Source of the DNA: Lentisphaeria bacterium
GTDB lineage: Bacteria; Verrucomicrobiota; Lentisphaeria; Victivallales; UBA1829
DNA: 64,000 bases
Direction: 5' to 3'
NCBI GenBank assembly: GCA_003526375.1
Contig: DPDG01000052.1
Location: 4,139-68,138 of the forward strand
In this document: positions 1 to 9,911 of the stretch, in pieces
How the letters are laid out: each line of letters begins with the position of its first letter
How positions within the stretch are numbered: the first letter of the stretch is position 1
Made by a program: the position numbers and the translations under genes
Notes under the pieces: generated by a model
What the model saw: the letters and a program-made list of their open reading frames with translations, nothing else
Databases searched by the model: none
What the model was told of the DNA's origin: nothing

Positions 1-1
1 A

Positions 2-694
2 GATCGGATTGTCTTTTATCCCGTAGATGAACCAAGTGGAGACATCAACGATCCCAAGAGTCGGATGTATCAGGCATATTTACAAGGCGCCATCATCAAA
101 GAAGCTGGTAAGGATTACCGGACAATGGTCAATCCCCTGCCAGATGTATTGAGAGATTTTGCAAAAAAGAAAAGTGATTTGACAAAACTGCTGGATGTTT
201 ATGACATCATCGAACTCTATCGTCCAGGGATAACTCCGGCAATCGCCAAATGGGCAAAAGAAAGCGGCAAAACGATTTGGACCTACGGCATCTACGCGAC
301 TACCGTCCAGCCTGATGTTTACCGTCGGGAATACTGGCAGAGCTTGCGCGACGGATTCACGGAAGTTATAACTTACTGGCACTTGGAATCTCATGCCGGC
401 GGAGATGGTTTTAATCCGCAGGATGGAACAACTTCACGTGCTGATTACGGCAGTATTTATGCTGATCTGAATCAGGGAACTGTCCTGTCCAGCCGCAGAC
501 ACGAGGCACATGATCTCGGACGCGAGGATTTCCGTCTGGCAGAATATTGCCGCCGCCTGCTGAAAAAGAAAAACAATCTGTCACTGACGGCAAAATTTGA
601 TATGATCATAAAGAAAGCCGCCGGAGGCAATATGGAAGATATGGAAAAAGCGCGCCTTGAATTGTTGCAACTCGCGGAAGCACTGCAACAGTAA
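2..694 (+). CDS. 3' part of a gene entering from upstream of the window; hypothetical protein
   Basis: The frame is open from base 2 (DRIVFYPVDEPSGDINDPKSR precedes the first Met at 65); stop at 692-694. I cannot name any motif confidently. Confidence 0.5.
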   Translation, partial: DRIVFYPVDEPSGDINDPKSRMYQAYLQGAIIKEAGKDYRTMVNPLPDVLRDFAKKKSDLTKLLDVYDIIELYRPGITPAIAKWAKESGKTIWTYGIYATTVQPDVYRREYWQSLRDGFTEVITYWHLESHAGGDGFNPQDGTTSRADYGSIYADLNQGTVLSSRRHEAHDLGREDFRLAEYCRRLLKKKNNLSLTAKFDMIIKKAAGGNMEDMEKARLELLQLAEALQQ

Positions 695-1056
695 ATGGCG
701 TTACTCCGGTAAATCAAATTTGCACATCGCAAAAGATAATCGGAGTCGCGGTCTGGGATACCGCCAATATGCTCGCGGCAACCTTTGAATCCTTCTACCG
801 TCCGGCGCTGATCGCTCTCGGTGAATCCGTCTCCTTTTCTGCGGAGTTCCGGATGGAATAGACCGGATATTTGCGGTATTTCCGGCAGCGGCGGCTCCTC
901 CGAGTCTCTTGACAGGCGGGAGATACCGCTGTTTTTTTCTCTTTTTCCGTTTTTTCGGTGCTTTTTTGTGGAAAAGTGTCATGAGACATGTATATTCCGT
1001 AAATGTAGGTATGGAAATCGCTTTTTGCATTAAAAAATGGACATCAGGGATAAAAT

Positions 1057-1857
1057 ATGAAACAGAAACTCCTGCTTCTCGGAGCCGTGTTATTCGGCGT
1101 GTTGGCTTTCATGTTCACGTTCAGCCAGATCAATAAGGAAAAGGCGCGTCTGCAGGGGGAGACCTATAAAATCTATCTGATTCAGGTCGCCAGGGATATC
1201 CCGGAGGGGGAAAAGATCACGGAGGATATGATACAGAAGAAACTGGTCCAGCGTTTCCGCAACGCCAGATATGAGCGTGAAATCCCCTATGACAGACGTT
1301 CTCTGGTGATCGGGCGCGAGGCGCAGTCCCTGATCCGCGCCGGAACCCTGCTTCAATGGAGCGACCTCAAAGTGTCTCTTACATCCGGGAAGACCGGGCT
1401 GACCTCCCTGATCCGCCCCGGCTACCGCGCGATCTCGATTTCCGTCGATGCGACCAGCTCCGTGACGGGCCTTGTCCAGCCCAACAATTATGTGGACCTG
1501 ATCGGGACGTTCCGTTTTCCCGACACCCGCGGCGATTCCTCGCTGGATACGATTACCCTTACGATTCTCCAGCGGGTCCGTGTGATCGCAACCGGAACCG
1601 ATATGGGTTTTCTTGCATCCTCCGCCGGGCAGAACTATGCGGCGCGGAGTTACAGCACCGTGACGCTGGAACTGACGCCGAAAGAGGTCGAGATGATTAT
1701 CTTTGCCTCGCAGAAAGGGCGCCTGACCATGAGCCTGCGCAACTATGAGGAGTCCGCAATTACCCAGAAACTGCAGAGCGTCAACTGGAACTTCCTCCAG
1801 AAAAATATCATGAATTACAATGCCGAGCGTGAAAAGATGATGAGAGCCGGAAGATAA
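1057..1857 (+). CDS. cpaB: Flp/Tad pilus assembly protein CpaB (RcpC family)
   Basis: N-terminal TM helix (LLLLGAVLFGVLAFMF), a SAF-like segment, then the CpaB/RcpC block LIRPGYRAISISVDATSSVTGLVQPNNYVDLIGTF. Lies directly upstream of cpaF. Confidence 0.85.
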   Translation: MKQKLLLLGAVLFGVLAFMFTFSQINKEKARLQGETYKIYLIQVARDIPEGEKITEDMIQKKLVQRFRNARYEREIPYDRRSLVIGREAQSLIRAGTLLQWSDLKVSLTSGKTGLTSLIRPGYRAISISVDATSSVTGLVQPNNYVDLIGTFRFPDTRGDSSLDTITLTILQRVRVIATGTDMGFLASSAGQNYAARSYSTVTLELTPKEVEMIIFASQKGRLTMSLRNYEESAITQKLQSVNWNFLQKNIMNYNAEREKMMRAGR

Positions 1858-1874
1858 GGACGGAGGGAGTTCTT

Positions 1875-3629
1875 ATGTATGATATCGTAATCAGAATCCC
1901 GGAGAATGAACCCGTTACCGGACAGCTCGGCAACGGAATTTATATTGTCGGTTCCGGCGCCGATTCCCATATCCAGCTCGATGCGGACGGCATTTCTCCG
2001 CGCCACTGCCAGTTGACGGTGGAGGACGGCGGGATCAAAGTCATGGATCTGGGATCGAATACGGGCACTTATCTTGACGGAGAGCGTCTCGGTGTCGGTG
2101 CGAAAGAGGTTCTGCCCGGTGACGAAATCCGTATCGGGGGGATTGTCATCGAGTTTCCGATGAAGGACCCGGAACCCATTGACGCCCGGCCGCTGGTCAA
2201 TGCGGAGCCCGAACCGCCGAAAGGAGAGACTCCGCCGCCGACAGTGAGTTCAATCGAAAGCAGACTGGAGACGATTTCCGCACCCGGACATGGCGGTGTG
2301 GAGATTCTGTCCGTTTCCGGCGTGCCGTTCGAACACCGCCCCCTTCTGCAGGAGATCAAGAAGCGTGCCCATGCGGAACTGATCAAACGCCTGAACCTGA
2401 AACGGCTCGTCATGAGCGGCGCTTCGGAAAACGACCTGAACAAAAGAGCGGCGAATACGATTCATGAGATCATTGAGGAAATTTCAATTCCTCTGCCGGA
2501 AGGCATTACCAAGGAACTGATCGAACGGGAGCTGCTTCACGAGGCGATCGGGCTGGGACCGCTGGAAGAGTTGATCGCGATGCCGTCCATTACGGAAATC
2601 ATGGTGAACGGCCCCGACCATATTTATGTGGAATACAAGGGAAAGCTGCACCGGACGGATATGGCGTTCGCGGACAATAATCAGGTGATTGCGGCGATCG
2701 AGCGCATTGTATCGCCCCTCGGCAGGCGCATTGATGAAAGCTCCCCGATGGTGGATGCCCGTTTGAAGGACGGTTCCCGTGTGAATGCGATCATTCCGCC
2801 GCTTTCTCTCGTGGGGCCTTCCATTACGATCCGTAAATTCTCGAAGGTTCCGCTGAAAGTGGATGACCTGATCCGGTTCGGCTCCATTTCCGCGGATATT
2901 GCCCATTTTCTTGATATCTGCGTGAAACTGCGCAAGAATATCGTGATTTCAGGCGGAACCGGTTCCGGAAAGACGACCCTTCTGAACATTCTGAGCGGAT
3001 TCCTGCCGGATACGGAACGCATTCTGACGATTGAAGATGCCGCCGAACTCCAGTTGAGGCAGGATCATGTCGTGAGGCTGGAGGCGCGTCCGGCGAACAT
3101 CGAAGGCAAAGGCGAGATCAGTATCCGCGATCTAGTGAAGAACGCGCTGCGAATGAGACCGGACCGCATTGTGATCGGCGAGTGCCGCGGCGGCGAGGCG
3201 CTGGATATGCTTCAGGCGATGAATACCGGTCATGACGGTTCGCTGACGACCATTCACGCGAACTCGCCGCGCGACGCTCTTTCCCGTCTTGAAACGCTGG
3301 TTCTGATGGCGGGATTCGACCTGCCGCTGCGTGCGATCCGCGAGCAGATTGCCTCGGCGATTGCAATCATCGTGCAGATTTCCCGTGAAAAGGACGGCTC
3401 CCGCAAGGTGACTCATGTCAGCGAGATTACGAAAATGGAGGGTGAGATCATCACCATGCAGGATATTTTCGTATTCAAGCAGGACGGCTGGGACAAAGAC
3501 GGGAAGATGACCGGGCGCTATGTGCCGACGGGCAGCATCCCGACCTTTATGGACGATATCAGGCGTGCAGGAATGGATCTGGATATTTCCATGTTCAATA
3601 AAGGCGCCGGAAATGGAGGGTTCCGATGA
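1875..3629 (+). CDS. cpaF: FHA-domain-fused CpaF/TadA-type secretion ATPase
   Basis: N-terminal FHA ([32 protein letters not shown]). C-terminal T2SS-E/VirB11-type ATPase with Walker [13 protein letters not shown] and His box [12 protein letters not shown]. Confidence 0.9.
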   Translation: MYDIVIRIPENEPVTGQLGNGIYIVGSGADSHIQLDADGISPRHCQLTVEDGGIKVMDLGSNTGTYLDGERLGVGAKEVLPGDEIRIGGIVIEFPMKDPEPIDARPLVNAEPEPPKGETPPPTVSSIESRLETISAPGHGGVEILSVSGVPFEHRPLLQEIKKRAHAELIKRLNLKRLVMSGASENDLNKRAANTIHEIIEEISIPLPEGITKELIERELLHEAIGLGPLEELIAMPSITEIMVNGPDHIYVEYKGKLHRTDMAFADNNQVIAAIERIVSPLGRRIDESSPMVDARLKDGSRVNAIIPPLSLVGPSITIRKFSKVPLKVDDLIRFGSISADIAHFLDICVKLRKNIVISGGTGSGKTTLLNILSGFLPDTERILTIEDAAELQLRQDHVVRLEARPANIEGKGEISIRDLVKNALRMRPDRIVIGECRGGEALDMLQAMNTGHDGSLTTIHANSPRDALSRLETLVLMAGFDLPLRAIREQIASAIAIIVQISREKDGSRKVTHVSEITKMEGEIITMQDIFVFKQDGWDKDGKMTGRYVPTGSIPTFMDDIRRAGMDLDISMFNKGAGNGGFR

Positions 3630-4507
3630 ACCTGACGGTTTTAGCCAGTCTCTGCGCGGGAATTGCCGTAACCTGCACCGCGCTTGTGTTTGTGGAATTC
3701 TTCTCGGCGCTTTCCGCCCGCTACCGGGAACGTTTCATTCAGGAAACTTCCGTGGAAATGGACGATGTCCTCCTGAACATGCCGCCGTCCAAGATTCTGG
3801 ATGTGAGTCTGGCGCTTGCCGCCGCATGTGCCGCGGCCGCCGTATTTGCCGTAGGTTTTCTGGTGGAGAACATGACCGTGATGAAAGGCGTGGTCGCGGC
3901 GCTGCTTGCCGCGGGGCTCGCGTTTCCTGCGCCGCGTCTGCTGCTGCGTCATCTGCGGAAACAGCGGCTTGCGAAATTCAATGAACAGCTGGAGGATGCC
4001 CTGCTGTCGATCAGCGGGTCTCTGAAGGCGGGATTCAGCATCAATCAGGCGCTGGAGGTGATCGCGAATGAAAACCGCAAGCCGCTTTCCTCCGAATTCA
4101 GCCTGCTGATGCATGAAATTCATCTGGGGGTGTCTCTGGATGAAGCTTTGGACAAGATGGTGGCGCGCTTGAACTGTCCGGATTTCGAGCTCGTTGCAAT
4201 TTCGATCATTACGGCGCGGCAGACCGGCGGCGAACTGACTTCAATCCTTGAGCGCCTGGCGTCCGTGATTCGCGAACGTGTGCGCATTACCGGCAGGATC
4301 AAGGCTCTGACGGCGCAGGGGCGGATGCAGGCTGTGATCATCGGGCTCATGCCCTGGGCGCTTTTCATTGCCATGATGTATATTGCGACGGACATGATGA
4401 CGAATTTCTTTTCCAGCCTGCCCGGCATTCTCTGCATTATCGTCGTGATTGTGCTTGACGTATCCGGTTTTCTGCTGATCCGTAAAATAACTTCCATCGA
4501 TATCTGA
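3626..4507 (+). CDS. tadB: TadB-like platform protein (T2SS-F family)
   Basis: Start overlaps the cpaF stop (ATGA). TM helices at both ends flank a T2SS-F type cytoplasmic domain (SGSLKAGFSINQALE..). Confidence 0.8.
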   Translation: MNLTVLASLCAGIAVTCTALVFVEFFSALSARYRERFIQETSVEMDDVLLNMPPSKILDVSLALAAACAAAAVFAVGFLVENMTVMKGVVAALLAAGLAFPAPRLLLRHLRKQRLAKFNEQLEDALLSISGSLKAGFSINQALEVIANENRKPLSSEFSLLMHEIHLGVSLDEALDKMVARLNCPDFELVAISIITARQTGGELTSILERLASVIRERVRITGRIKALTAQGRMQAVIIGLMPWALFIAMMYIATDMMTNFFSSLPGILCIIVVIVLDVSGFLLIRKITSIDI

Positions 4508-4521
4508 AGGAGAATACGTTT

Positions 4522-5400
4522 ATGGTTCTTACATTGCTCGCTTCTCTCTGCGCCGCGATTGCCGCGGGATGTGTTTTTCTCCTTTTTTTCGATCTGCTCC
4601 GCATGATTGAAATTGAAAAACAGGAAGATGAGATGCATGAATACAAGCGGCTTCCGCTGGTGTTCCGTTTTTTTCTGCCGCTGGTTTCCAATGTGGGTTT
4701 TATAGCGAACCTGCCGCTGTTTGACGTTTCGCGCAGGAATACTGAGGAGATGGTTCAGATGGCGAGTCTTGACCAGGCGGTTTCCGGGCAGCGGTTCTTT
4801 GCTTTGAAAATATTCATGGCACTTTTCGGTTTTCTTCTGTTCATTGTGTTTGCGGCAATGGACAATGCCCTTTCCGGACTGCTTCTCGGCGTTGCATTTG
4901 CATTCTATCCCACCTTGTGGCTGAAACAGATTGTCGCCAGGCGCCATCTTTCGATTCTGAAAGCTTTGCCGAATGTATTGGATCTGCTGACGCTGTCCGT
5001 CGAAGCCGGAAAAGATTTCCTGACGGCGCTCCGGGATATCATGGCGCGGCGCAAGGTGGACCCGCTCGGAGAGGAATTGAACCGCGTGCTTCATGAAATC
5101 CAGCTTGGCAAAGGGCGGCAGACGGCTTTGAAGGAGATGAGCGAACGGGTGCGCCAGCCGGAACTTTCATCGGTCGTGAATGCGATTGTCCAGGCGGATG
5201 AACTGGGCGTGAGCATCGGGCAGCTGCTGCGGATTCAGGGGGACCAGCTCCGGAACAAGAGATTTGTCCGTGCGGAGAAACTCGCGAACGAGGCGCCGGT
5301 CAAGATTCTGTTTCCGGTGGTGGTGTTTATTTTTCCCTCGGTATTCATTATCCTGATCGGCCCGATCGTTTATCAGGCGTTGAGAACACTGGCAAGGTAG
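4522..5400 (+). CDS. tadC: TadC-like platform protein (T2SS-F family)
   Basis: Second T2SS-F domain protein (LDLLTLSVEAGKDFLTALRDI), TM helices at both ends, 14 nt after tadB. Confidence 0.8.
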   Translation: MVLTLLASLCAAIAAGCVFLLFFDLLRMIEIEKQEDEMHEYKRLPLVFRFFLPLVSNVGFIANLPLFDVSRRNTEEMVQMASLDQAVSGQRFFALKIFMALFGFLLFIVFAAMDNALSGLLLGVAFAFYPTLWLKQIVARRHLSILKALPNVLDLLTLSVEAGKDFLTALRDIMARRKVDPLGEELNRVLHEIQLGKGRQTALKEMSERVRQPELSSVVNAIVQADELGVSIGQLLRIQGDQLRNKRFVRAEKLANEAPVKILFPVVVFIFPSVFIILIGPIVYQALRTLAR

Positions 5401-5407
5401 GAGCCGC

Positions 5408-5833
5408 ATGATCTGCAATCTGACGAAAAAGACCGTGATTTCCTCCCGGACCGAATGCGCCGTGGGGCTCTGGCAGAGGGCGAGGGGGATGATCGGGCGG
5501 GATTTTGACTGTTTCGATGCGATGGTGTTCGATCATTGCAGTTCGATCCATACCTGTTTCATGTCGATCCCGCTGGATGTGATTTTTGTCAGCCGTGACC
5601 ATAAAATTCTGAAAACAGTGCGGAATTTAATGCCGTGGCGGCTGTTTGTCTGTTGCAAAAAGGCATTTTATGTGATAGAATTACCTTCCGGTACAATAGA
5701 ACGGACGCGCAGTGCATGCGGTGATATCGTGGATCTGGCGGCGGTGATGGATGCCGGAACGGAAAAAGAGTTCGGCAGTGCTTTGCTCCGGCGGAAAGCG
5801 GAGAGCGCGGTCCGGTGTGAAAAAAAGGATTGA
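5408..5833 (+). CDS. DUF192-like small protein
   Basis: 141 aa. The GLWQRARGMIGR...HTCFMSIPLDVIFVSRDHKIL pattern matches my memory of DUF192/COG1430. Lies 7 nt after tadC. Confidence 0.55.
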   Translation: MICNLTKKTVISSRTECAVGLWQRARGMIGRDFDCFDAMVFDHCSSIHTCFMSIPLDVIFVSRDHKILKTVRNLMPWRLFVCCKKAFYVIELPSGTIERTRSACGDIVDLAAVMDAGTEKEFGSALLRRKAESAVRCEKKD

Positions 5834-5836
5834 GAT

Positions 5837-7345
5837 ATGGTGAAACTTTATTTTCTGAATGGTCCCCGGACCGGCGAATCGAAAGAGATTCCGGCGTCCG
5901 GAGTCTGTATCGGCAGGGAGACGGACAATGATGTTCAGCTTCTTGTCGGCGGCGTTTCGCGTTATCACGCGAAAATCAGCCTGAATCCCGCAGGGAAATG
6001 GCGTGTCGAAGATCTGGGCAGCACCAACGGGACGAAACTCAACGGCAATCCGCTGACGATGCCTGCGCTTTTGAAAGACGGTGACCTGATTGTCGTTGGC
6101 GATCAGGTTCTGCGTTTCGGCGAGGAGAATGCCGGAACTGCGGATAAGACAGCGGAGGTATTGGAGGAACAGGCGCAGAAGAAGAAAAAGCCGCAGGTGA
6201 TTTTCCATACTTCGCGCCCTGCTTCCGCACCTGCGCAAAGCCCCGCACCGGCGGAAAGCGAACCGTCCGACGTGACGCAGAGGGCGGTTCCCCCGAAGAA
6301 ACTGGTGACGATTTCGATTCCTCCGGCAAAAACGGCGCCCGCTCCGGAAAAGACCGCCGCACCGTCTGCCGCGCCGGATATCAATAATCTCTTTTCAAAG
6401 AAGAAAGCGGAGAAAAACGTTCCGGAGCGCCGTTTCCTGCGGCGCGGGAATATCCTGTTCACCATAGGCGTGATCGGGATTGCCGTGATCTTCGTCAGCC
6501 TGTTTCTGCTTTTCGATACAGCGTCTGACAAAAATACCGCCCCGGCGGTGCCTGTTTCCCTGTCGGACCGCAACCCGTTTTATCTGAATTATGAAAAACA
6601 GATTGTCTCAAAGGACAACGTCTTCCGGTTTGCGTTGAAAATCGAGGATAATTCTGCGGTTTTCATGCTGGACGACCTGAAACACCGGCGGCATTTCGTC
6701 CGTAAGTTCGGCGAGATCAACAAGGATTACATGAAGACTCTGCTCAGTTCAATCAAAGAGACCGATTTCATGAAACTGGAGGAGGAACCGCCGTCTCCGT
6801 CCGCTGACGGCGTGGACGAAACACGTTCCCTGACGGTCAGTTATGGACCTTACCTGAACAGCATTACGGTGCGCAACAATTATCCGAAAAGCTCTTTTGA
6901 AGCGATTGAAATGGCGGTGGACCGTTTCGCCGAGGATTACGGACTGAAAACGGTTTCGCTGTCTGCCGTGGAAATGCGGGAGGAGGCGGAGAAGGCGTTC
7001 CTGAAAGCGGAGGATCTGTTTGCCAATTATCAGGCGCGCCCGGACAATCTGCGCAATGCGATTCTGCGTTATCAGATTGCCGTTGAGTTTTATGAACAGT
7101 TCGATCCGCCGCCGAAAGAGTTGAATCTTGCCTCCAGGCATCTGAAAGAAGCGGAGGGGATTCTCAGGAAAATGATCAAGGATGCGGAAACGAACATCAA
7201 TATTCTGTTCCGCCGGAAACAGTATGCGGAGGCTGCGCAGGAGTGCCGGAAACTGATGGAGTATCTGGACCCGGACAGCAAGCCTTATCAGAAAGCGCGT
7301 GCCAATAAGATCAAACTTGAAACTTTAGCGAGCGGAAAGAGATGA
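5837..7345 (+). CDS. FHA-domain single-pass membrane protein with a large extracytoplasmic C-terminal domain
   Basis: N-terminal FHA (CIGRETDNDVQL..VSRYHAKI..EDLGSTNGTKLNG), Pro/Ala-rich linker, one TM helix (ILFTIGVIGIAVIFVSLFLLF), and a ~270-aa C-terminal domain. Confidence 0.7.
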   Translation: MVKLYFLNGPRTGESKEIPASGVCIGRETDNDVQLLVGGVSRYHAKISLNPAGKWRVEDLGSTNGTKLNGNPLTMPALLKDGDLIVVGDQVLRFGEENAGTADKTAEVLEEQAQKKKKPQVIFHTSRPASAPAQSPAPAESEPSDVTQRAVPPKKLVTISIPPAKTAPAPEKTAAPSAAPDINNLFSKKKAEKNVPERRFLRRGNILFTIGVIGIAVIFVSLFLLFDTASDKNTAPAVPVSLSDRNPFYLNYEKQIVSKDNVFRFALKIEDNSAVFMLDDLKHRRHFVRKFGEINKDYMKTLLSSIKETDFMKLEEEPPSPSADGVDETRSLTVSYGPYLNSITVRNNYPKSSFEAIEMAVDRFAEDYGLKTVSLSAVEMREEAEKAFLKAEDLFANYQARPDNLRNAILRYQIAVEFYEQFDPPPKELNLASRHLKEAEGILRKMIKDAETNINILFRRKQYAEAAQECRKLMEYLDPDSKPYQKARANKIKLETLASGKR

Positions 7346-8688
7346 GGAAGAATATGAAGAAATTATTTTCCGTATTGTCAGTTCTTTCTCTGGCGTTCTT
7401 CTTTGCTGTTGGATGTCTGGAGAAGAAAGCGGAAGTGAAGAAACCGAAACTGGATATCACATCGGCGCCGGCGGGAGCGACGGTGTCGCTGCTCGGAAAA
7501 GAGCGGGGCGTAACGCCGTTCCATTGTTCTCTGCTCCCGTCTACTTACATCGTCAAACTTGAGAAATCCGGATACCGGGCGGAGTTGATCAGGGTGGAAA
7601 TCAAGCAGGGGACGGACAGAAAGATCGATGCGAAGCTGAAGCCTGTCACCGCGTCCGTGATGCTGACCAGTGTTCCTGCCGCGGCGCCGGTGATTTTTCA
7701 AGGTAAAAAGATCGGCGAGACTCCGTTGGTGATCAAAGACCTGCCTTACGGGGAATATTCCGCAGAGCTTGCCAAGAGCGGTTATACGAAGCGGACCGTT
7801 TCGTGGAAAATGAATGAAGACGGGCGCCCGGTTCAAGTTAAGACGGACCTCGCTTCCAATGTCGGCACATTGAAGATTACCTCCAATCCCGCCGGGGCGA
7901 CCGTTACCTTGAACGGTACTGTGATGGGACGCACTCCCTTTTCCGAGCGGATCGAGGAGGGCAAACACAATCTGGAGATCTCCAGAGACGGTTACGTTAC
8001 TCTGAAACAGGTCGTGACAGTGGTGCGCCGTCAGGAGACTTCGCTGAAGGACGTGAAGCTTGAGATCATCCCCAGCACGCTGAAGATTACCTCGACGCCG
8101 TCCGGTGCGCGGGTTTTTGTGAATGACAAACAGTATTCGGATACCCCGATGGAGCTCAGGCAACTGAGTCCCGGCGTATATAAGATCCGCCTGGAAAAGG
8201 ACGGTTATGATCCTGCGACGCGCGATGTCACGGTCACGGCGGGCAACGAGCTCGAAGTCGCCCTGAATCTGGACAGCAATACCGGCGGAATTGATCTGGT
8301 GACGGTTCCCAGCTACATCACGATTTATCTGGACGGCAAAATGGTGGGGACAAGCGAGCCGGACCCTGCCAATCCCGGCATGTCCAAACTGCTTTCTCTG
8401 CGCAACCTGAGCATGGGAAAACATGTCGTCACAATCGCCCATAAGCGCGCCCGCCCGGAGAAACGTTCTTTCTCGGTCGAGATTAAAAAGGGCGAGGTCA
8501 AGCGCCTGCCGAATCTCACACTCTGGATCCCGAATGTCAAGCTGACTCTGAAATCCGGCCTGACGCGTGTCGGGCGTCTCGCCTCGAATCTGAAAGAGGA
8601 AATCATGTTCGAACCGGAACCCGGCGTGAAGCAGTCCTATAAAAAAGCGGCGATCAGCGACATTGAATATCTGAAAGCCAACGAATAA
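7342..8688 (+). CDS. PEGA-repeat lipoprotein
   Basis: Lipoprotein signal (LSLAFFFAVGC) followed by repeated PEGA-type modules (ITSAPAGATVSLLGKERGVTPF; ITSNPAGATVTLNGTVMGRTPF; ITSTPSGARVFVNDKQYSDTPM). Start overlaps the upstream stop. Confidence 0.75.
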   Translation: MRKNMKKLFSVLSVLSLAFFFAVGCLEKKAEVKKPKLDITSAPAGATVSLLGKERGVTPFHCSLLPSTYIVKLEKSGYRAELIRVEIKQGTDRKIDAKLKPVTASVMLTSVPAAAPVIFQGKKIGETPLVIKDLPYGEYSAELAKSGYTKRTVSWKMNEDGRPVQVKTDLASNVGTLKITSNPAGATVTLNGTVMGRTPFSERIEEGKHNLEISRDGYVTLKQVVTVVRRQETSLKDVKLEIIPSTLKITSTPSGARVFVNDKQYSDTPMELRQLSPGVYKIRLEKDGYDPATRDVTVTAGNELEVALNLDSNTGGIDLVTVPSYITIYLDGKMVGTSEPDPANPGMSKLLSLRNLSMGKHVVTIAHKRARPEKRSFSVEIKKGEVKRLPNLTLWIPNVKLTLKSGLTRVGRLASNLKEEIMFEPEPGVKQSYKKAAISDIEYLKANE

Positions 8689-8709
8689 GCATTACGAAGA
8701 AGGAATAAA

Positions 8710-9252
8710 ATGATTTTAGCGGTTTCTCTGATTGCCTGTATTCTCATTTCCCTGTTGATCGCGGTGGTGACGGGATACTTTATCCGGTCTGCAAGCCTGA
8801 AAAAATGGGAGGAGCTCCCCCGGAAGCGCGGCGCGGGAGCGGTGCTCGGGCTTCTTGCACTTCTTTTTTTCATTCCGAACGTGGAACCGATGTTTTCCGC
8901 GAAGGAAAATCTGACGGTTCTCGTCATTGCCGCCATTGTCCTGACCGTGCTCTGCTATCTGTATCTGGATTACCTGTTTTCCCGCGCTTTTGCGGGTGCA
9001 TTGATCCTGGTCGCGCACTTCATGCTCAATGCCTCTTATGCCGCGGACTTGAAATTCTCATCTTTTTTCGCGTTCATGTGTTTTGTGGTCGGAACGATCG
9101 GAATTTTCATTTCAGCCAAGCCGCACTGGATGCGTGACTGGATCCGCAAAATTGCCGCCAGCACAAAGTGGCGCATTGTTTCGACGGCGGTTCCGCTGCT
9201 TTTCGCAATCGCTTCGCTGATTCTTGTGATCCAACTGAAAGGGGTATTATGA
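8710..9252 (+). CDS. polytopic membrane protein of unknown function
   Basis: 180 aa with about five hydrophobic helices and no recognisable motif. Stop overlaps the rsmG start. Confidence 0.5.
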   Translation: MILAVSLIACILISLLIAVVTGYFIRSASLKKWEELPRKRGAGAVLGLLALLFFIPNVEPMFSAKENLTVLVIAAIVLTVLCYLYLDYLFSRAFAGALILVAHFMLNASYAADLKFSSFFAFMCFVVGTIGIFISAKPHWMRDWIRKIAASTKWRIVSTAVPLLFAIASLILVIQLKGVL

Positions 9253-9911
9253 TTCCGCTTCCGCCTGAAGGTGTGACGGCGTTTCTTCGTGCCTGCAATC
9301 CCGTGGATTACAGTGGTTTTATGGAGAAGATGACACTTCTCGGAGAGCTGCTTTACGAGACGAATGAATCTTTCAACCTGACGGCGATCAAACCGGACGG
9401 ATTCTGGTGCAGGCATGTCGCCGACTCGCTTTCCCCGGCGTTTGCGATGCCGGATTTTTTCAAGACGCCGAAGCATATCTGCGATCTCGGCTGCGGCGCG
9501 GGTTTTCCATCGCTGGTGCTTGCGGCGGCGTTTCCGCACTGTTCCTTCACTCCGGTGGATTCCACCCGCAAGAAAGTCGATTATGTGAATTCAGCCGCGG
9601 AGAAACTGGGGTTGAAAAATCTGAAAGCGATCCATGCGCGCGGAAATGAACTGGGACGCAAGGTGCCGTATCGGCATGCTTATGACTGCGTGACTGCGCG
9701 CGCCGTCGCTTCCTCGGAGATACTGATCCGTGAAAGCGCGGGGCTTCTGAACCGCAACGGTTGTCTGATGGTTTACCGGACTCCTTTGCAGTATGAGGAA
9801 GAACTTGCATTTCTTGAAAAGAATAAAAAAACGGTTTTTGAAACGACGGACACCTTTGCGCTTCCCGAAGACGCCGGCATCCGTCTGTTCCTGCTGATCC
9901 GTTTCAGATAG
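9249..9911 (+). CDS. rsmG: 16S rRNA (guanine527-N7)-methyltransferase RsmG/GidB
   Basis: SAM-binding block DLGCGAGFPSLVLA and GidB-like length. ATG 9249 overlaps the upstream stop (9250-9252), so I prefer it to the ORF-track start at 9168. Confidence 0.85.
   Translation: MIPLPPEGVTAFLRACNPVDYSGFMEKMTLLGELLYETNESFNLTAIKPDGFWCRHVADSLSPAFAMPDFFKTPKHICDLGCGAGFPSLVLAAAFPHCSFTPVDSTRKKVDYVNSAAEKLGLKNLKAIHARGNELGRKVPYRHAYDCVTARAVASSEILIRESAGLLNRNGCLMVYRTPLQYEEELAFLEKNKKTVFETTDTFALPEDAGIRLFLLIRFR

Noticed and set aside
921-950. Small hairpin (GGCGG..CCGCT) plus several T-runs as a terminator.
   Set aside because: It lies 230 nt beyond the nearest upstream stop, and the stem is only 4-5 bp. It is probably just T-rich promoter-proximal DNA.
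700-1056. Looked for a small Flp-type pilin gene upstream of cpaB.
   Set aside because: The small ORFs here (821..1033+, 909..1136+, 701..1030-) are Arg/Lys/Phe-rich. They lack the G/XXXXEY-type Flp motif and hydrophobic helix. The T-run-rich region looks non-coding.
9168-9248. N-terminal extensions offered by the ORF track: rsmG 9168, uxuA 34275, hydE-like 43588, metG 49506, truB 62939, nusA 58152, cas5 27709, ExbB-like 37877, pilin-like 36211, esterase 10734.
   Set aside because: In each case a downstream start aligns with the family N-terminus and has an SD or a stop-start overlap. The extension overlaps the neighbouring gene, promoter or operator.
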